DNA of 64,000 bases from the IMG/VR virus record IMGVR_UViG_3300030004_000009, positions 32,001 to 96,000 of that record. One strand, 5' to 3'. The notes below the pieces were generated by a model that worked only from the letters and a program-made list of their open reading frames with translations, was not told the DNA's origin and ran no database searches. Origin of the DNA: a virus. The translations under genes and the position numbers were made by a program. Below, piece by piece: positions 12,001 through 22,089 of the stretch. Numbering within the stretch: the stretch's first letter is position 1; every line of letters begins with the position of its first letter.

Positions 12001-13724
12001 CATTAGACCTTATAAGAAGTAAGGTTGATGAATATAAAAAGCAACTTGATGATAGTTCTTACATTCAATTAAGTGATAAGGATAAAATTGCTGAACTTCA
12101 AACTAAACATAAACAGTTTTCTAATGATCTTGAGGAATTACGTACTATAAGGGAGAGTGATAATGAGTTATCTGGTTGGTCTCAACGTAGTGATAATAAT
12201 TATGAAGTATCTTCTAAAGGTGATGCAAGATTTAGTGCTTTAACTGCTAAGTTTAAACCTAAAACAATAATAGATGGTAAAGATGTAGGTGGTAGAACTA
12301 TAGAAAGTGTATATCAAACTGATATTAAAAGATCAGGTAAAGGTAGACCTCCTTCTAAAGATTCTATAGTTTATAATCCTTCATTAAAAACTTCACAGGA
12401 ACAGGAAGATTATTCATATTCTAAAGGTTATAAACCTTTATGGGATGAATGGGCTAAACAAAACCCTACTCTAATCAAAGAGTTACGTGATAAATCTAAA
12501 GGTAAAACTTTAACTGATCAGTTTGCTAATACAAGAGTTTCTCAAGCTAGAGCACTTAGTGACATATTAAACGAATCTAATAAACTAAAGCATCCTGAGA
12601 TTGCACATGTACTTGATAATTATGTTAAAGAGTTACAAGGGATATTAAAAACAAGTATTAAACGTGATGATAAAGAGCAAAGTATAGATGATATAAAACC
12701 TCAACAATCACCAGTAGGAGATCCTTATAAATTCTCTTATGAAAACTTTAGTCAAAGTAAGAAGTATCGTGATGGTAAAATAAAGCGATTAGAACGTGAT
12801 AAAACAGCAGAAGGAGTTAAACAGTTATTAATAGCTAAAGAACACGAATATCTTGATAAACTGAATAATGTAGGTTTACTTTATACTGGTAGATTACAGA
12901 AATTCTTAGATGAAGCTAGTAATGGTTATATTGGACCTAATGGTCAAGTATCTTATATACCACAATCTCTTCAGAATCCTGATCTATTTGAAAATGCTCA
13001 TAAGACACAAAATGCTAAAGTAGAAGTATCAAGGGCTGAATGTATTGCTCCAATAGTAGCAAGACAAAACTTCTTACTTCAAGAAGGTGATACTGTAGGT
13101 TCAATAACTAAAGACTTAATTAAGAAACGACTACTTAAAACACTTGATTATTTTAAAACTGATGCTGATGGCGTTATAATATCACAAAGTGGTAGAAAGA
13201 TATTCTTACATACTGGCTCAGAAGGTCCTAATAGTATTAGTATAGAAGAACATCCAAATGTAGGTGTTTATTTCACTAATGGTAAAAGCACTAAGTGGTT
13301 TACTAACGATTCAGGTGATAGATTGTTTCAAGTACCTACAGGAATGACTGTAAGTAATACTAATAATGAACTTCATATCTTCTTAAATAATAAATATCAA
13401 ATACAAGATAATCCTTTAATTCAAAATTTAAATAATGGTTTAGGTCGTCAATTACTTAGTACAGATAGTGGTAATATTAAAGATACTTATAATATTTTAA
13501 TCTTTGATAAGGATAGACAAGCTGCATATAATAAAGCAGTAATTGGTTTAGAAGATAGAGCACAGAAAATGTTTACTTCGTGGCAAGTTTATCTTGATAA
13601 ATTGATAGGCACACGTGTTCCAGGACAGCACTTTCAATCCTTTCAAGGTATGAAGATTGTAGGTTTTGCAGAAGGAAATCATATGCATGTACCAAACTCA
13701 GTTATAAAACTGAGTGGAGCGGAT
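6060..13724 (+). CDS. Virion RNA polymerase (single-chain two-barrel, crAss/phi14:2 gp66-like), exon 1
   Basis: Ends with RVPGQHFQSF...SGAD, the beta'-like barrel region up to the first Asp of the catalytic loop; spliced product reads GADFDID; about 3596 aa with exon 2. Confidence 0.88.
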
Positions 13725-14042
13725 TAACTAAGAAGTCAAAGTCCGCTTAAAACCTTGTGATATGCTGGAAACCCATGAAGGTGTAGAAACTACAAAGTAA
13801 CTAGTAATAGTAAGCTTGAATGTTTGAAAATTCTACATTATATGGCAATCAGCAGGCAGATTATCCTGAAAGACGGATTTTCGCCTCAGAGACTATCGAA
13901 ACAGCGTTAAGGCTAACGTAATGGAGTAGAGTAGGTGTCAAGTGACATCGAAGTGCAAGGCATTCGTAAGAATGATGATATAGTCCGGCCTCATATGAAA
14001 GTATGAGAGTTGTAATGGAAACGATTACAACGCAACAATTCG
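13725..14042 (+). mobile_element. Group I self-splicing intron (318 nt, no ORF) in the RNAP catalytic motif
   Basis: P1: exon GCGGAU pairs with intron GUCCGC (U-G at 5' splice site); P10: intron GUCAAA pairs with 3' exon UUUGAC; P (AUGCUGGAAA), Q (AAUCAGCAGG), R (UCAGAGACUA), S (GAUAUAGUCC); terminal G 14042; removal restores the frame. Confidence 0.93.
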
Positions 14043-17000
14043 TTTGACATCGACAAACAGAACGTTATATATCACTCAATTGATAATAATGGCATTCTAA
14101 CAGGTTGGCATCCAGCATTTGATTATAGTAGTAAAGAATCTTTACTAGAGAGCTTAAAATTACCAATTCCTTCTAAAAGGACTATAAGTGACTTTACGGC
14201 TGAAACTACTCCAACTGGTGATATTGTAGATCCATCTAAGTTAATTAAGTTTGGTGGAGATGAGTCTGGATCACATTTAGATCTTAATAATCCTTACGTA
14301 TTAAACGGTATATACTCCCTACTTGATAAAGATTATAGATTAGATGGAGAGAAACATCAAGCAATAGTACAGAAGTTATTAGAATATGAACAAGCTCCAA
14401 CAGCTTTAAATGGTGTTAAGAATTTTGCAGTATCAACTACGAATCAAGTTATTGAGAATCCTTCTAACTTCTTATATTTAGCTAATGGTGTTAGTACTGA
14501 TACTATAAAACAATTTTCAAGTAGAACTAATAAAGCAGAAATTGCTAATAACGATCGTAAAGAAAATCCAGCTGCAATTGCAAGAGCAAGGTATAATAAT
14601 ATGGTTGGTAAGACTGGTATTAGTGTAATGGCTTCTCAAATGAAGAACTTATCTGCTATTCAATACTCAACTAATAGTGCTCTTCGAGAAGTGAGTAATT
14701 TATTTGATAAACAGAAAGCTTATGAAGGTAAGTTAGAGAACTATAACTATCATCTTAACGCTATTCATAGTGTTGATGATCTTTACATAGGTCCGCATAA
14801 GAAAGAGCAATTAGAAACTGCTATTCAAATATTACGACAAAGGATTGAAGATATAAAACATGAGATTAATGTTAAAATAAATAATATAGGTGGTCCTTAT
14901 ATAACTTTACCTAATGTAAATTATCATATCTTTAGTGAAAAGTTTGAGAATGAAGATAGTCCTATTGTTACTTTACATTATAATTACGATACAGATAAGT
15001 TTGAGGCAGATAAGAGACTTAGTCATGCTAAGATAGCATCATCTTTTGATGTTGACTCTGCTGATTTTTATTCTCAACTTTTATCTTCTGCAACAGATAA
15101 TGCTAAAGAACTTGATTTAGGTAAATTAAACGCTACACCAGCAGTTATGACTATTTATCCTTCAAGAGCTCTTTTAAGTAAGTCATTTGAAGAGTCAGTT
15201 GATAATATGGTATCACCACTTACTGATATGTTAATTCGTAATGCAAGTAGTAACATCTATGATAAAAATACAACTGAAAATAGGATAAGTGATCTTCTTA
15301 ATAAAGTTGAACAAGCAATGTATGATGGTAAATCAGAAGCTTTATTAAGATTAAAACCTATTGCTATAAACGCTCTTGAAACTAATTATAAATTACGTTT
15401 AAATAGAGGTTTTATTACAGATTTAAATACAGGTAACATCTATGATATTGAGGAAATTAATAGATTTAAAGAATTATTCTTTAAACCTGCACAAACTGCT
15501 ACACTACTTGCTGGTTATCTAAGTATCAATCAAGGTATAAAAACTAATAGTTGGGACTTATATAACTTCGCTAATCGTTTACAAGATAAAATTAATGGTA
15601 TGTATATTACTAATAAGTATCAACCTACCTTTAACTTTAAGGACTTTTTAGACAGTTTAGCTAATAATGGTTCATATCATCAAAATCATATTAATCAGAC
15701 GTCACCTTTATTTAGAGCTTTAGGTCTTAACTTTAATCCTTTAAATATTTTAGCAACTAATGAACATTACGCTAAACAATTAAGTGCATTTAACTCTGCT
15801 AATACTATATTACGTGAATCTTCGTATAGAATTGATAGTATGTATCATTTTGTTGATAAGTTACGTGATATGGGTTATATAGGGCCTACAAGTAATATTA
15901 AAGAACAGGATTTTAATGAAGTTGAGAAATTTGTTGAAGCTAATATTATACATACTTTTCTCAAATCAGAAGATAATAACTCAAGTAATAATGATGAAAA
16001 ACCTATCTTCTATATAAAAGGTCGTGATGTTACTTTAACTACTAAAGAAGGTCGTAAAGAGTTTATAAACTGGATGCAAACTGACTTCTTACGTAATATA
16101 CAGGAGAATTCAATACTTAAGGGTAATCCTTTTACACAAGACTTACGACTTGATAATAAACAAGATTCTTTATTATTTAATAAAGTTGATTTTATGAAAC
16201 TTCAAATGGATACTACAAATGTGAAAACAAATGTAGAACAAGGTCCTTTTCGTGATGCTTATGTATCAGGTCTTAAAGAAGTATATGATAATAAATATAC
16301 AGATTTAAATGGTAATAATATCTTTAACGCTCTCTTTTGGTATAATCTAATACTTAATAAGAATAATATAACTAAAAATAGTTATGCGAAGTTACTAGGT
16401 GATGTTATGTGGGCTGATAATAAAGATCCAAATGTCTATTCTCGTTTATTTGAACTTAAAGGTAAAATAGGAAAGTCTAGTGATGTAGAACTTAATTTAG
16501 GTACTCCACAAAAGTTTTTCGTTAATGAAGCTGATACAGTAGGTACAGAAAGTGAAAACTTTTATAAATTAAGTATTGCAGGTATCCCATTCGATTTACG
16601 GAATCTTGCTTATTATTTTGAAGTTGGAACTACTCATAGATTACCTTTAGCAAGACGTGATGATTTTGATGACTTTTATAATGAACAACCTGAAGACTAT
16701 AGTAATGAAGAAACAGGTAATGTAGATGGTGGTGTTAATTTAGATAATCATTCATATGATTATAACGATAATAATGGTGACGACAATAACGATGATAATA
16801 CTGAAGAAGCTGCTAAGATACCACGTAACTATATGTATATTGATAGGTGGAAACAACTAGAAGTTCCTGGTACAAGAGTTGTAATTAGAGTTAATGGACA
16901 ATCTCAAGAGGAAAATATAAATGAATCTACGACTACTATGCCATTAAAAGATGGAAATTTTGAATTATCTAATAGTCTTAATTATAATCCATTTGTTAAA

Positions 17001-17168
17001 AAATCAGTTGAATTAAGACCTGATCAAAATGAAGCATTTAACTATTGGAAACTCGCTACTGATAATATACACAATTTCTTGTCACGACTTAGTGATACTA
17101 CAGATATACAAATAACACATAATGGTGTCACTGAAAAGTTTGATAAAGACAAAAATTATGACTGCTAA
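14043..17168 (+). CDS. Virion RNA polymerase, exon 2 (the 14601 ORF is an internal part)
   Basis: Begins FDIDKQNVIY in frame with ORF 14601..17168; contains VGKTGISVMA and LLSSATDNAKEL motifs. Confidence 0.88.
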   Translation, partial: FDIDKQNVIYHSIDNNGILTGWHPAFDYSSKESLLESLKLPIPSKRTISDFTAETTPTGDIVDPSKLIKFGGDESGSHLDLNNPYVLNGIYSLLDKDYRLDGEKHQAIVQKLLEYEQAPTALNGVKNFAVSTTNQVIENPSNFLYLANGVSTDTIKQFSSRTNKAEIANNDRKENPAAIARARYNNMVGKTGISVMASQMKNLSAIQYSTNSALREVSNLFDKQKAYEGKLENYNYHLNAIHSVDDLYIGPHKKEQLETAIQILRQRIEDIKHEINVKINNIGGPYITLPNVNYHIFSEKFENEDSPIVTLHYNYDTDKFEADKRLSHAKIASSFDVDSADFYSQLLSSATDNAKELDLGKLNATPAVMTIYPSRALLSKSFEESVDNMVSPLTDMLIRNASSNIYDKNTTENRISDLLNKVEQAMYDGKSEALLRLKPIAINALETNYKLRLNRGFITDLNTGNIYDIEEINRFKELFFKPAQTATLLAGYLSINQGIKTNSWDLYNFANRLQDKINGMYITNKYQPTFNFKDFLDSLANNGSYHQNHINQTSPLFRALGLNFNPLNILATNEHYAKQLSAFNSANTILRESSYRIDSMYHFVDKLRDMGYIGPTSNIKEQDFNEVEKFVEANIIHTFLKSEDNNSSNNDEKPIFYIKGRDVTLTTKEGRKEFINWMQTDFLRNIQENSILKGNPFTQDLRLDNKQDSLLFNKVDFMKLQMDTTNVKTNVEQGPFRDAYVSGLKEVYDNKYTDLNGNNIFNALFWYNLILNKNNITKNSYAKLLGDVMWADNKDPNVYSRLFELKGKIGKSSDVELNLGTPQKFFVNEADTVGTESENFYKLSIAGIPFDLRNLAYYFEVGTTHRLPLARRDDFDDFYNEQPEDYSNEETGNVDGGVNLDNHSYDYNDNNGDDNNDDNTEEAAKIPRNYMYIDRWKQLEVPGTRVVIRVNGQSQEENINESTTTMPLKDGNFELSNSLNYNPFVKKSVELRPDQNEAFNYWKLATDNIHNFLSRLSDTTDIQITHNGVTEKFDKDKNYDC

Positions 17169-17172
17169 CAAT

Positions 17173-17196
17173 AGGAGAGAGTTTAAACTCTCTCCT
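17173..17196. terminator. Perfect 24-bp palindrome/hairpin after the RNAP gene
   Basis: AGGAGAGAGTTTAAACTCTCTCCT followed by a short TTAT. Confidence 0.55.
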
Positions 17197-17209
17197 TTAT
17201 ACGAAAATT

Positions 17210-20200
17210 ATGAAAAGTAACTGTATAATTACTATTAAAATTGGTGATAAAGAAATACAATTAGATCCAGGAGCTAATATTAGTCAAGAAGATTTCAATG
17301 TACTTGCTAAAACAATGCCAGCTGATAAGTTAAGAGAGTTATATAGTGATCTTAAGAGTAATATTACTCTTGATGATATTTTAAAAAGTAATGATGCTAA
17401 TCTTATTAATGCTGGTAAAGAGTATTATCAAAGTTTAATTAATGACACAAAAGATAAGTTTTTAACTATTCTTAAAGCTATTCAACTTGAGAAAGATCCC
17501 GAAAGATTAAAAGAACTAATAACTTATGCTTCCTCTTTAGATCCTAAAGAGAAACTTACACATGGTAATTTTATGATTGATCCACAAGATAGTTATAAAA
17601 GTTCTCCATATAGTCCTGATCAAATAAAAAACCTAGTATTTAGTAAAGTTGGTGATAAAGTACAATTATTTAATGATTTATTAAAACTTCCAGGAATGGA
17701 GTCAGTTAAAATGTCTATAGCTTATGCATCTGAATGGAATAATGATCCTAAATTTACTAAAGTTGGTGGTGCTTATATAAGTCCTGATAACATAGTACAA
17801 ATTGTATTACCTCCTATACCTACACATATAATTAAAGGAGTTCCTAGTAAAGTTTTAACTATTAACCAAGAAAATATAACAAAGACTGCTAAAGCACAAG
17901 TACAAGATGTACTTATTCATGAGTTATTACATGCTGTATATTCAGAACTTTACCGTTCTAATTCTATTTTTAAAAAACAGATTGATAATATTTATGATAA
18001 GGCAATACAAGAGAAACCAGAATTAACTAAGAAATATGGTGAGAAAAAGAATGATGAAGGTAAACATGAGTTTATAGCATCTATATTTAACGATGGTACT
18101 TTACAAAACTTATTAACAGATATTCCAAGTGAAGATGGTAATGTGTCTCTATTTGATTCTTTTACTAATCTACTAAACAAAGATAAAAATGGTGTAGTTC
18201 CAGGCATTACGAAGCCAACACTATTACGTGATTTCATAAATATTATTAGTGCTAAGATACCTATAATAGGCTCTAAAGAACTATTAGATACTGTAGCTGC
18301 TAATGAAGCTATACAAGACGATCGTAATATCTTCTATATAGGTGGTTCAACCCCAATCGATGACGAAGAAAATATGTCACCTAATGATCAAACTGATACT
18401 AAGTATGGTAATAATAGAAAAGCTTTCTATGCAAATCAACGATTTAATGAGAAATGGGGCGATAACTCTTTTAAACGAGATAGTTACTTTAAAGGAACAG
18501 AAAGTGATCCTAAACCAGCTCGTCTAGATATTTTACGTCCTGATGATGTTATTATTATTCCTTGGGTTAATTATGTTAAAGCCACTCAAGTAAATGGAGT
18601 TAAAATACCAGGTTACTATCAAGAAGTAGGTGGTGTTATGAAAGAAATAGTTGGGAAAGATGGTAAACCAAAATTAGTACCTGTAATGAAAGGTGATAAA
18701 CTTGCCCCACCAGTTCCAATTATACGTGATGAAAATGGTAAAATACAAAAGACAAAAGAGGGTTATATTGTAGAAGAGCGAACACAAGCCTTTCCTGTTA
18801 TATATCCTAATATTAATAGTCAACATATTACTGTAGCTAAAACTACTCTAAAAATAAATGATGAATTTAGACCTATACCTATTAAAGGTAAATCAGATTC
18901 TAGTAGTGGATATAACACAATTTCATTTCCATACTCACTTATTAAAGGGGTACGAGAGTTAGATCGCTCATATTTTGATCATAATACTGATTATACAAAA
19001 CAACTTAATGATACTAAAGCTGAACTTACAAAAGTAGAAAAGTTAATAGCTAAATTAGATCCAAAGAATACTATTAATAATGAGAAGTTATTTGATGACC
19101 AACAATTCTTAACAAATAGAGTTAAGAAATTACCTGAATTAGTTCAGAAAGCTGCCGATATAAAAGCTCAAATTAAAGACTTATACAAGACTTATATTTT
19201 TGAACATAATGAAGGTGGTAAAACTTATATGAATGTCGCAAAACATGAATATATAGGTTATAGACCAAATGTAGATGTAACTAATCATGAATTTAGAGAT
19301 TCACCTGCTTTTAAATTATGGAAACATCCAACTCTAAAAACAATAGATGGTAAACCTCAATGGTATGTAGCTCCTAATACAAATATTTTTGATGTTTTTT
19401 GGGACGGTGATGTAGCAAAAGACTATGCTAGACACTCTGAACAGTTATCAAATGCTATATCGGCAGGTGACCTTGTAAGAAGTAAGGGTGATGCAGAATT
19501 TCCTATTGCAGGTACAGATATAATGCAAAAAGTTAAACTTAATCGATGGTACACTGTAGTTAAACGAGTTGCTAATGGAATACAAGTAGCAACTCAAGAA
19601 GGTCAAGGTATGATTATTCCATTTAATATGGTTAATGCATATGCTAAAAATAAACGTACTAACGATTATCAATCTATGTTAAGTGACTATAAACAACAAG
19701 TTATAGACTTTAACGATGATGCATTCATTAATATTAACGGTAAGACTACATACTCATCTGAAATAAAAGGTAAAAAGCTTATTAATCCACCAATTCAAAG
19801 GACTAATAGTGATGGACAACCTATAGAAACAGAAGAAGAATCAAGTGTACGTTTTGATAATAACCTAGACCTTATAAAAAGTAGAATACAGCCAGGAGAA
19901 TCTTTTGTACGTATTTCTAAACGTTATACTAATGACTCAGGTAAAACAGTTACTTATCCACTTAATGGTTTAGTTCTTGCTAAAACTGATGATGCTCTCA
20001 TAGTGTTTACAGCAGAAGACTTAAGATCTAGTACACACGATCCAGTTACTATAATACAAACAATAAAATATGATTCTAGATTAACACCTGAAAGTGGTTT
20101 AGAAATCACGCATGTAATGGAGAATACTGCTCATGCCAGACGTGCATATGAAGAGTTTGCAGCTGAACGGGGTAAATATGAAACTAATAAGCAAACTGCT

Positions 20201-22087
20201 AATTTTGAAGCAAAAGAAGGTGGTGGTTATACAATGCTTAATGATCCTAGGGATAATCCACATAACATAAGGCAACAATATGATTTTTATGAAGCTACTA
20301 CTGATGATGGTAGAATAGATGGTAAGATGTTAAAAAGACTTGGTGAAAGTGGAGGTATTATTGATATTAAAGATCCTAGATTTAACATGATAGGTAACAA
20401 TGGCACTAGAATACCTATATATAGGAAAGTAATGAGAGTGCTTGATGATGGAACAGTTGTTATAGCATCACGAGCTAATAAAGATATACAAGTTAATGAT
20501 AACTTTACACGTAAAGCTGGTGATTATTTTGCAAGTTATGTACGTCCTGAAAATATAGCAAGAATAGGTCTTAATATAGGAAAACTATCAAAAGATCCTA
20601 AAACACAAGAAATTCATTCAGATATGAATGAAGAACTTCTAAATAGACGTAAATGGTTATTTGAACGTACTAAAGCTGATCGTGATTTTAATAATTTCAC
20701 TTTTGCTAAAACTATGCAAGATGTTAAAGGACTTAATAGTAAACCTATAAATTTAGAACAAAATTATTGGCGCTTTATTCCTTTAACTAACATAATATTA
20801 GATCCTCTTACAAAAGAACAAATGAATGAGAATGAAAAGGAAGGTAGAGACCGTAATTACGATCCACGTCCTACTAAGTTCTTAGATAAAAACTTTAATG
20901 AGGTAGAACCTGATAAAGCTGCTTACGTTAAAGCTACAATGCATAAGAATAGTGAAGATTTGTATTATGTACATCGTGGTGTAATGACTAAGTCTACATT
21001 TATAAATCCTAGACTTGCAATAGTAGATACACAATTTGGAAAGAGATTTAGACCTGAACTTATAAAGGCATTAAAACCTGGCGATTGGGTTCAATATCGT
21101 ACTTCAAGTGGAGCCCCATTTGATGCAGTAATAGAGCGTACTGAAGGTGGTAATATCTATACTTTAAATACAGATATGACGACAAGTCAAGTAACTCCTA
21201 GTAAGGTTACTGCAATTAGAATGTCATATCGTAATGATATACCAAGTGGATTTAAACGTAGTAGAGATCTTGAAACACTTTTAAAACAGAAAGCTCAAAT
21301 TGATGATGCAAACTCTTCTATTAAACAATCAAGAGATAACAATGGAACACAAAGTAAAGATACACCTTTCTCACTTGATGCACAATACAAATCACCTAAA
21401 TCTTCAATTCGCGCATTACGAACAATTGGAAATAGGCTTCAAGAGTTAAATCCAGAAGTACAACTTAATTATGTTGATAATCAAGACCTACAAGAACTTC
21501 AAAAAACAACTAATTATGACTACTCTAACTCTCGTGCTTTCGTCTTAAAAGGTCAAGTGTATATAAATACTGATAAAGCTTCAATAAGTGATCAGATACA
21601 TGAATATGCTCATTTGTTCCTTAATTCATTAAAATATGAAAATCCTAAATTATATAGCGCTATAGTGGGCGTAACTAAGAATCACTCTTTATTTGATAAT
21701 ATAGCTATCGACTATTCACATCTTGAAGGTGACGATCTCAATGAAGAAGCTTTTGTAACAATATTAGGTGAATATTTACATGGTAAACTTCTATCTAAAG
21801 ACCAGCAAAATATGGATAGTAATCAAGACTTATTGTTAGGTTTTGCTCAATATACAAAAGACAAACTTACTCAAGCACTTAATAAAGAAGTGACATCAAT
21901 ATATGATATAGACGCTAAAGAAATCTTAACACTACCTTGGGAAGATGTAATTAATCTTGTAGGTGATCATGTAATGAATAATAAAATAACTGATGTTTAT
22001 GATCAGTATCCTATATCAGATACTAAAGATGTTAACCTTTTAAAGAATGAGTTACGAGACAAAGGTTATTTAACTCAACAATGTTAA
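17210..22087 (+). CDS. Giant virion protein with two zincin-like metalloprotease (HExxH) domains
   Basis: VLIHELLHA...HEFIA near the N-terminus and QIHEYAHLF...NEEAFV near the C-terminus; MPTase-PolyVal-like context. Confidence 0.7.
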   Translation: MKSNCIITIKIGDKEIQLDPGANISQEDFNVLAKTMPADKLRELYSDLKSNITLDDILKSNDANLINAGKEYYQSLINDTKDKFLTILKAIQLEKDPERLKELITYASSLDPKEKLTHGNFMIDPQDSYKSSPYSPDQIKNLVFSKVGDKVQLFNDLLKLPGMESVKMSIAYASEWNNDPKFTKVGGAYISPDNIVQIVLPPIPTHIIKGVPSKVLTINQENITKTAKAQVQDVLIHELLHAVYSELYRSNSIFKKQIDNIYDKAIQEKPELTKKYGEKKNDEGKHEFIASIFNDGTLQNLLTDIPSEDGNVSLFDSFTNLLNKDKNGVVPGITKPTLLRDFINIISAKIPIIGSKELLDTVAANEAIQDDRNIFYIGGSTPIDDEENMSPNDQTDTKYGNNRKAFYANQRFNEKWGDNSFKRDSYFKGTESDPKPARLDILRPDDVIIIPWVNYVKATQVNGVKIPGYYQEVGGVMKEIVGKDGKPKLVPVMKGDKLAPPVPIIRDENGKIQKTKEGYIVEERTQAFPVIYPNINSQHITVAKTTLKINDEFRPIPIKGKSDSSSGYNTISFPYSLIKGVRELDRSYFDHNTDYTKQLNDTKAELTKVEKLIAKLDPKNTINNEKLFDDQQFLTNRVKKLPELVQKAADIKAQIKDLYKTYIFEHNEGGKTYMNVAKHEYIGYRPNVDVTNHEFRDSPAFKLWKHPTLKTIDGKPQWYVAPNTNIFDVFWDGDVAKDYARHSEQLSNAISAGDLVRSKGDAEFPIAGTDIMQKVKLNRWYTVVKRVANGIQVATQEGQGMIIPFNMVNAYAKNKRTNDYQSMLSDYKQQVIDFNDDAFININGKTTYSSEIKGKKLINPPIQRTNSDGQPIETEEESSVRFDNNLDLIKSRIQPGESFVRISKRYTNDSGKTVTYPLNGLVLAKTDDALIVFTAEDLRSSTHDPVTIIQTIKYDSRLTPESGLEITHVMENTAHARRAYEEFAAERGKYETNKQTANFEAKEGGGYTMLNDPRDNPHNIRQQYDFYEATTDDGRIDGKMLKRLGESGGIIDIKDPRFNMIGNNGTRIPIYRKVMRVLDDGTVVIASRANKDIQVNDNFTRKAGDYFASYVRPENIARIGLNIGKLSKDPKTQEIHSDMNEELLNRRKWLFERTKADRDFNNFTFAKTMQDVKGLNSKPINLEQNYWRFIPLTNIILDPLTKEQMNENEKEGRDRNYDPRPTKFLDKNFNEVEPDKAAYVKATMHKNSEDLYYVHRGVMTKSTFINPRLAIVDTQFGKRFRPELIKALKPGDWVQYRTSSGAPFDAVIERTEGGNIYTLNTDMTTSQVTPSKVTAIRMSYRNDIPSGFKRSRDLETLLKQKAQIDDANSSIKQSRDNNGTQSKDTPFSLDAQYKSPKSSIRALRTIGNRLQELNPEVQLNYVDNQDLQELQKTTNYDYSNSRAFVLKGQVYINTDKASISDQIHEYAHLFLNSLKYENPKLYSAIVGVTKNHSLFDNIAIDYSHLEGDDLNEEAFVTILGEYLHGKLLSKDQQNMDSNQDLLLGFAQYTKDKLTQALNKEVTSIYDIDAKEILTLPWEDVINLVGDHVMNNKITDVYDQYPISDTKDVNLLKNELRDKGYLTQQC

Positions 22088-22089
22088 TT

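Noticed and set aside
14601-17168. Independent 855-aa gene
   Set aside because: The frame is open from 14043 and carries FDID; it is RNAP exon 2.
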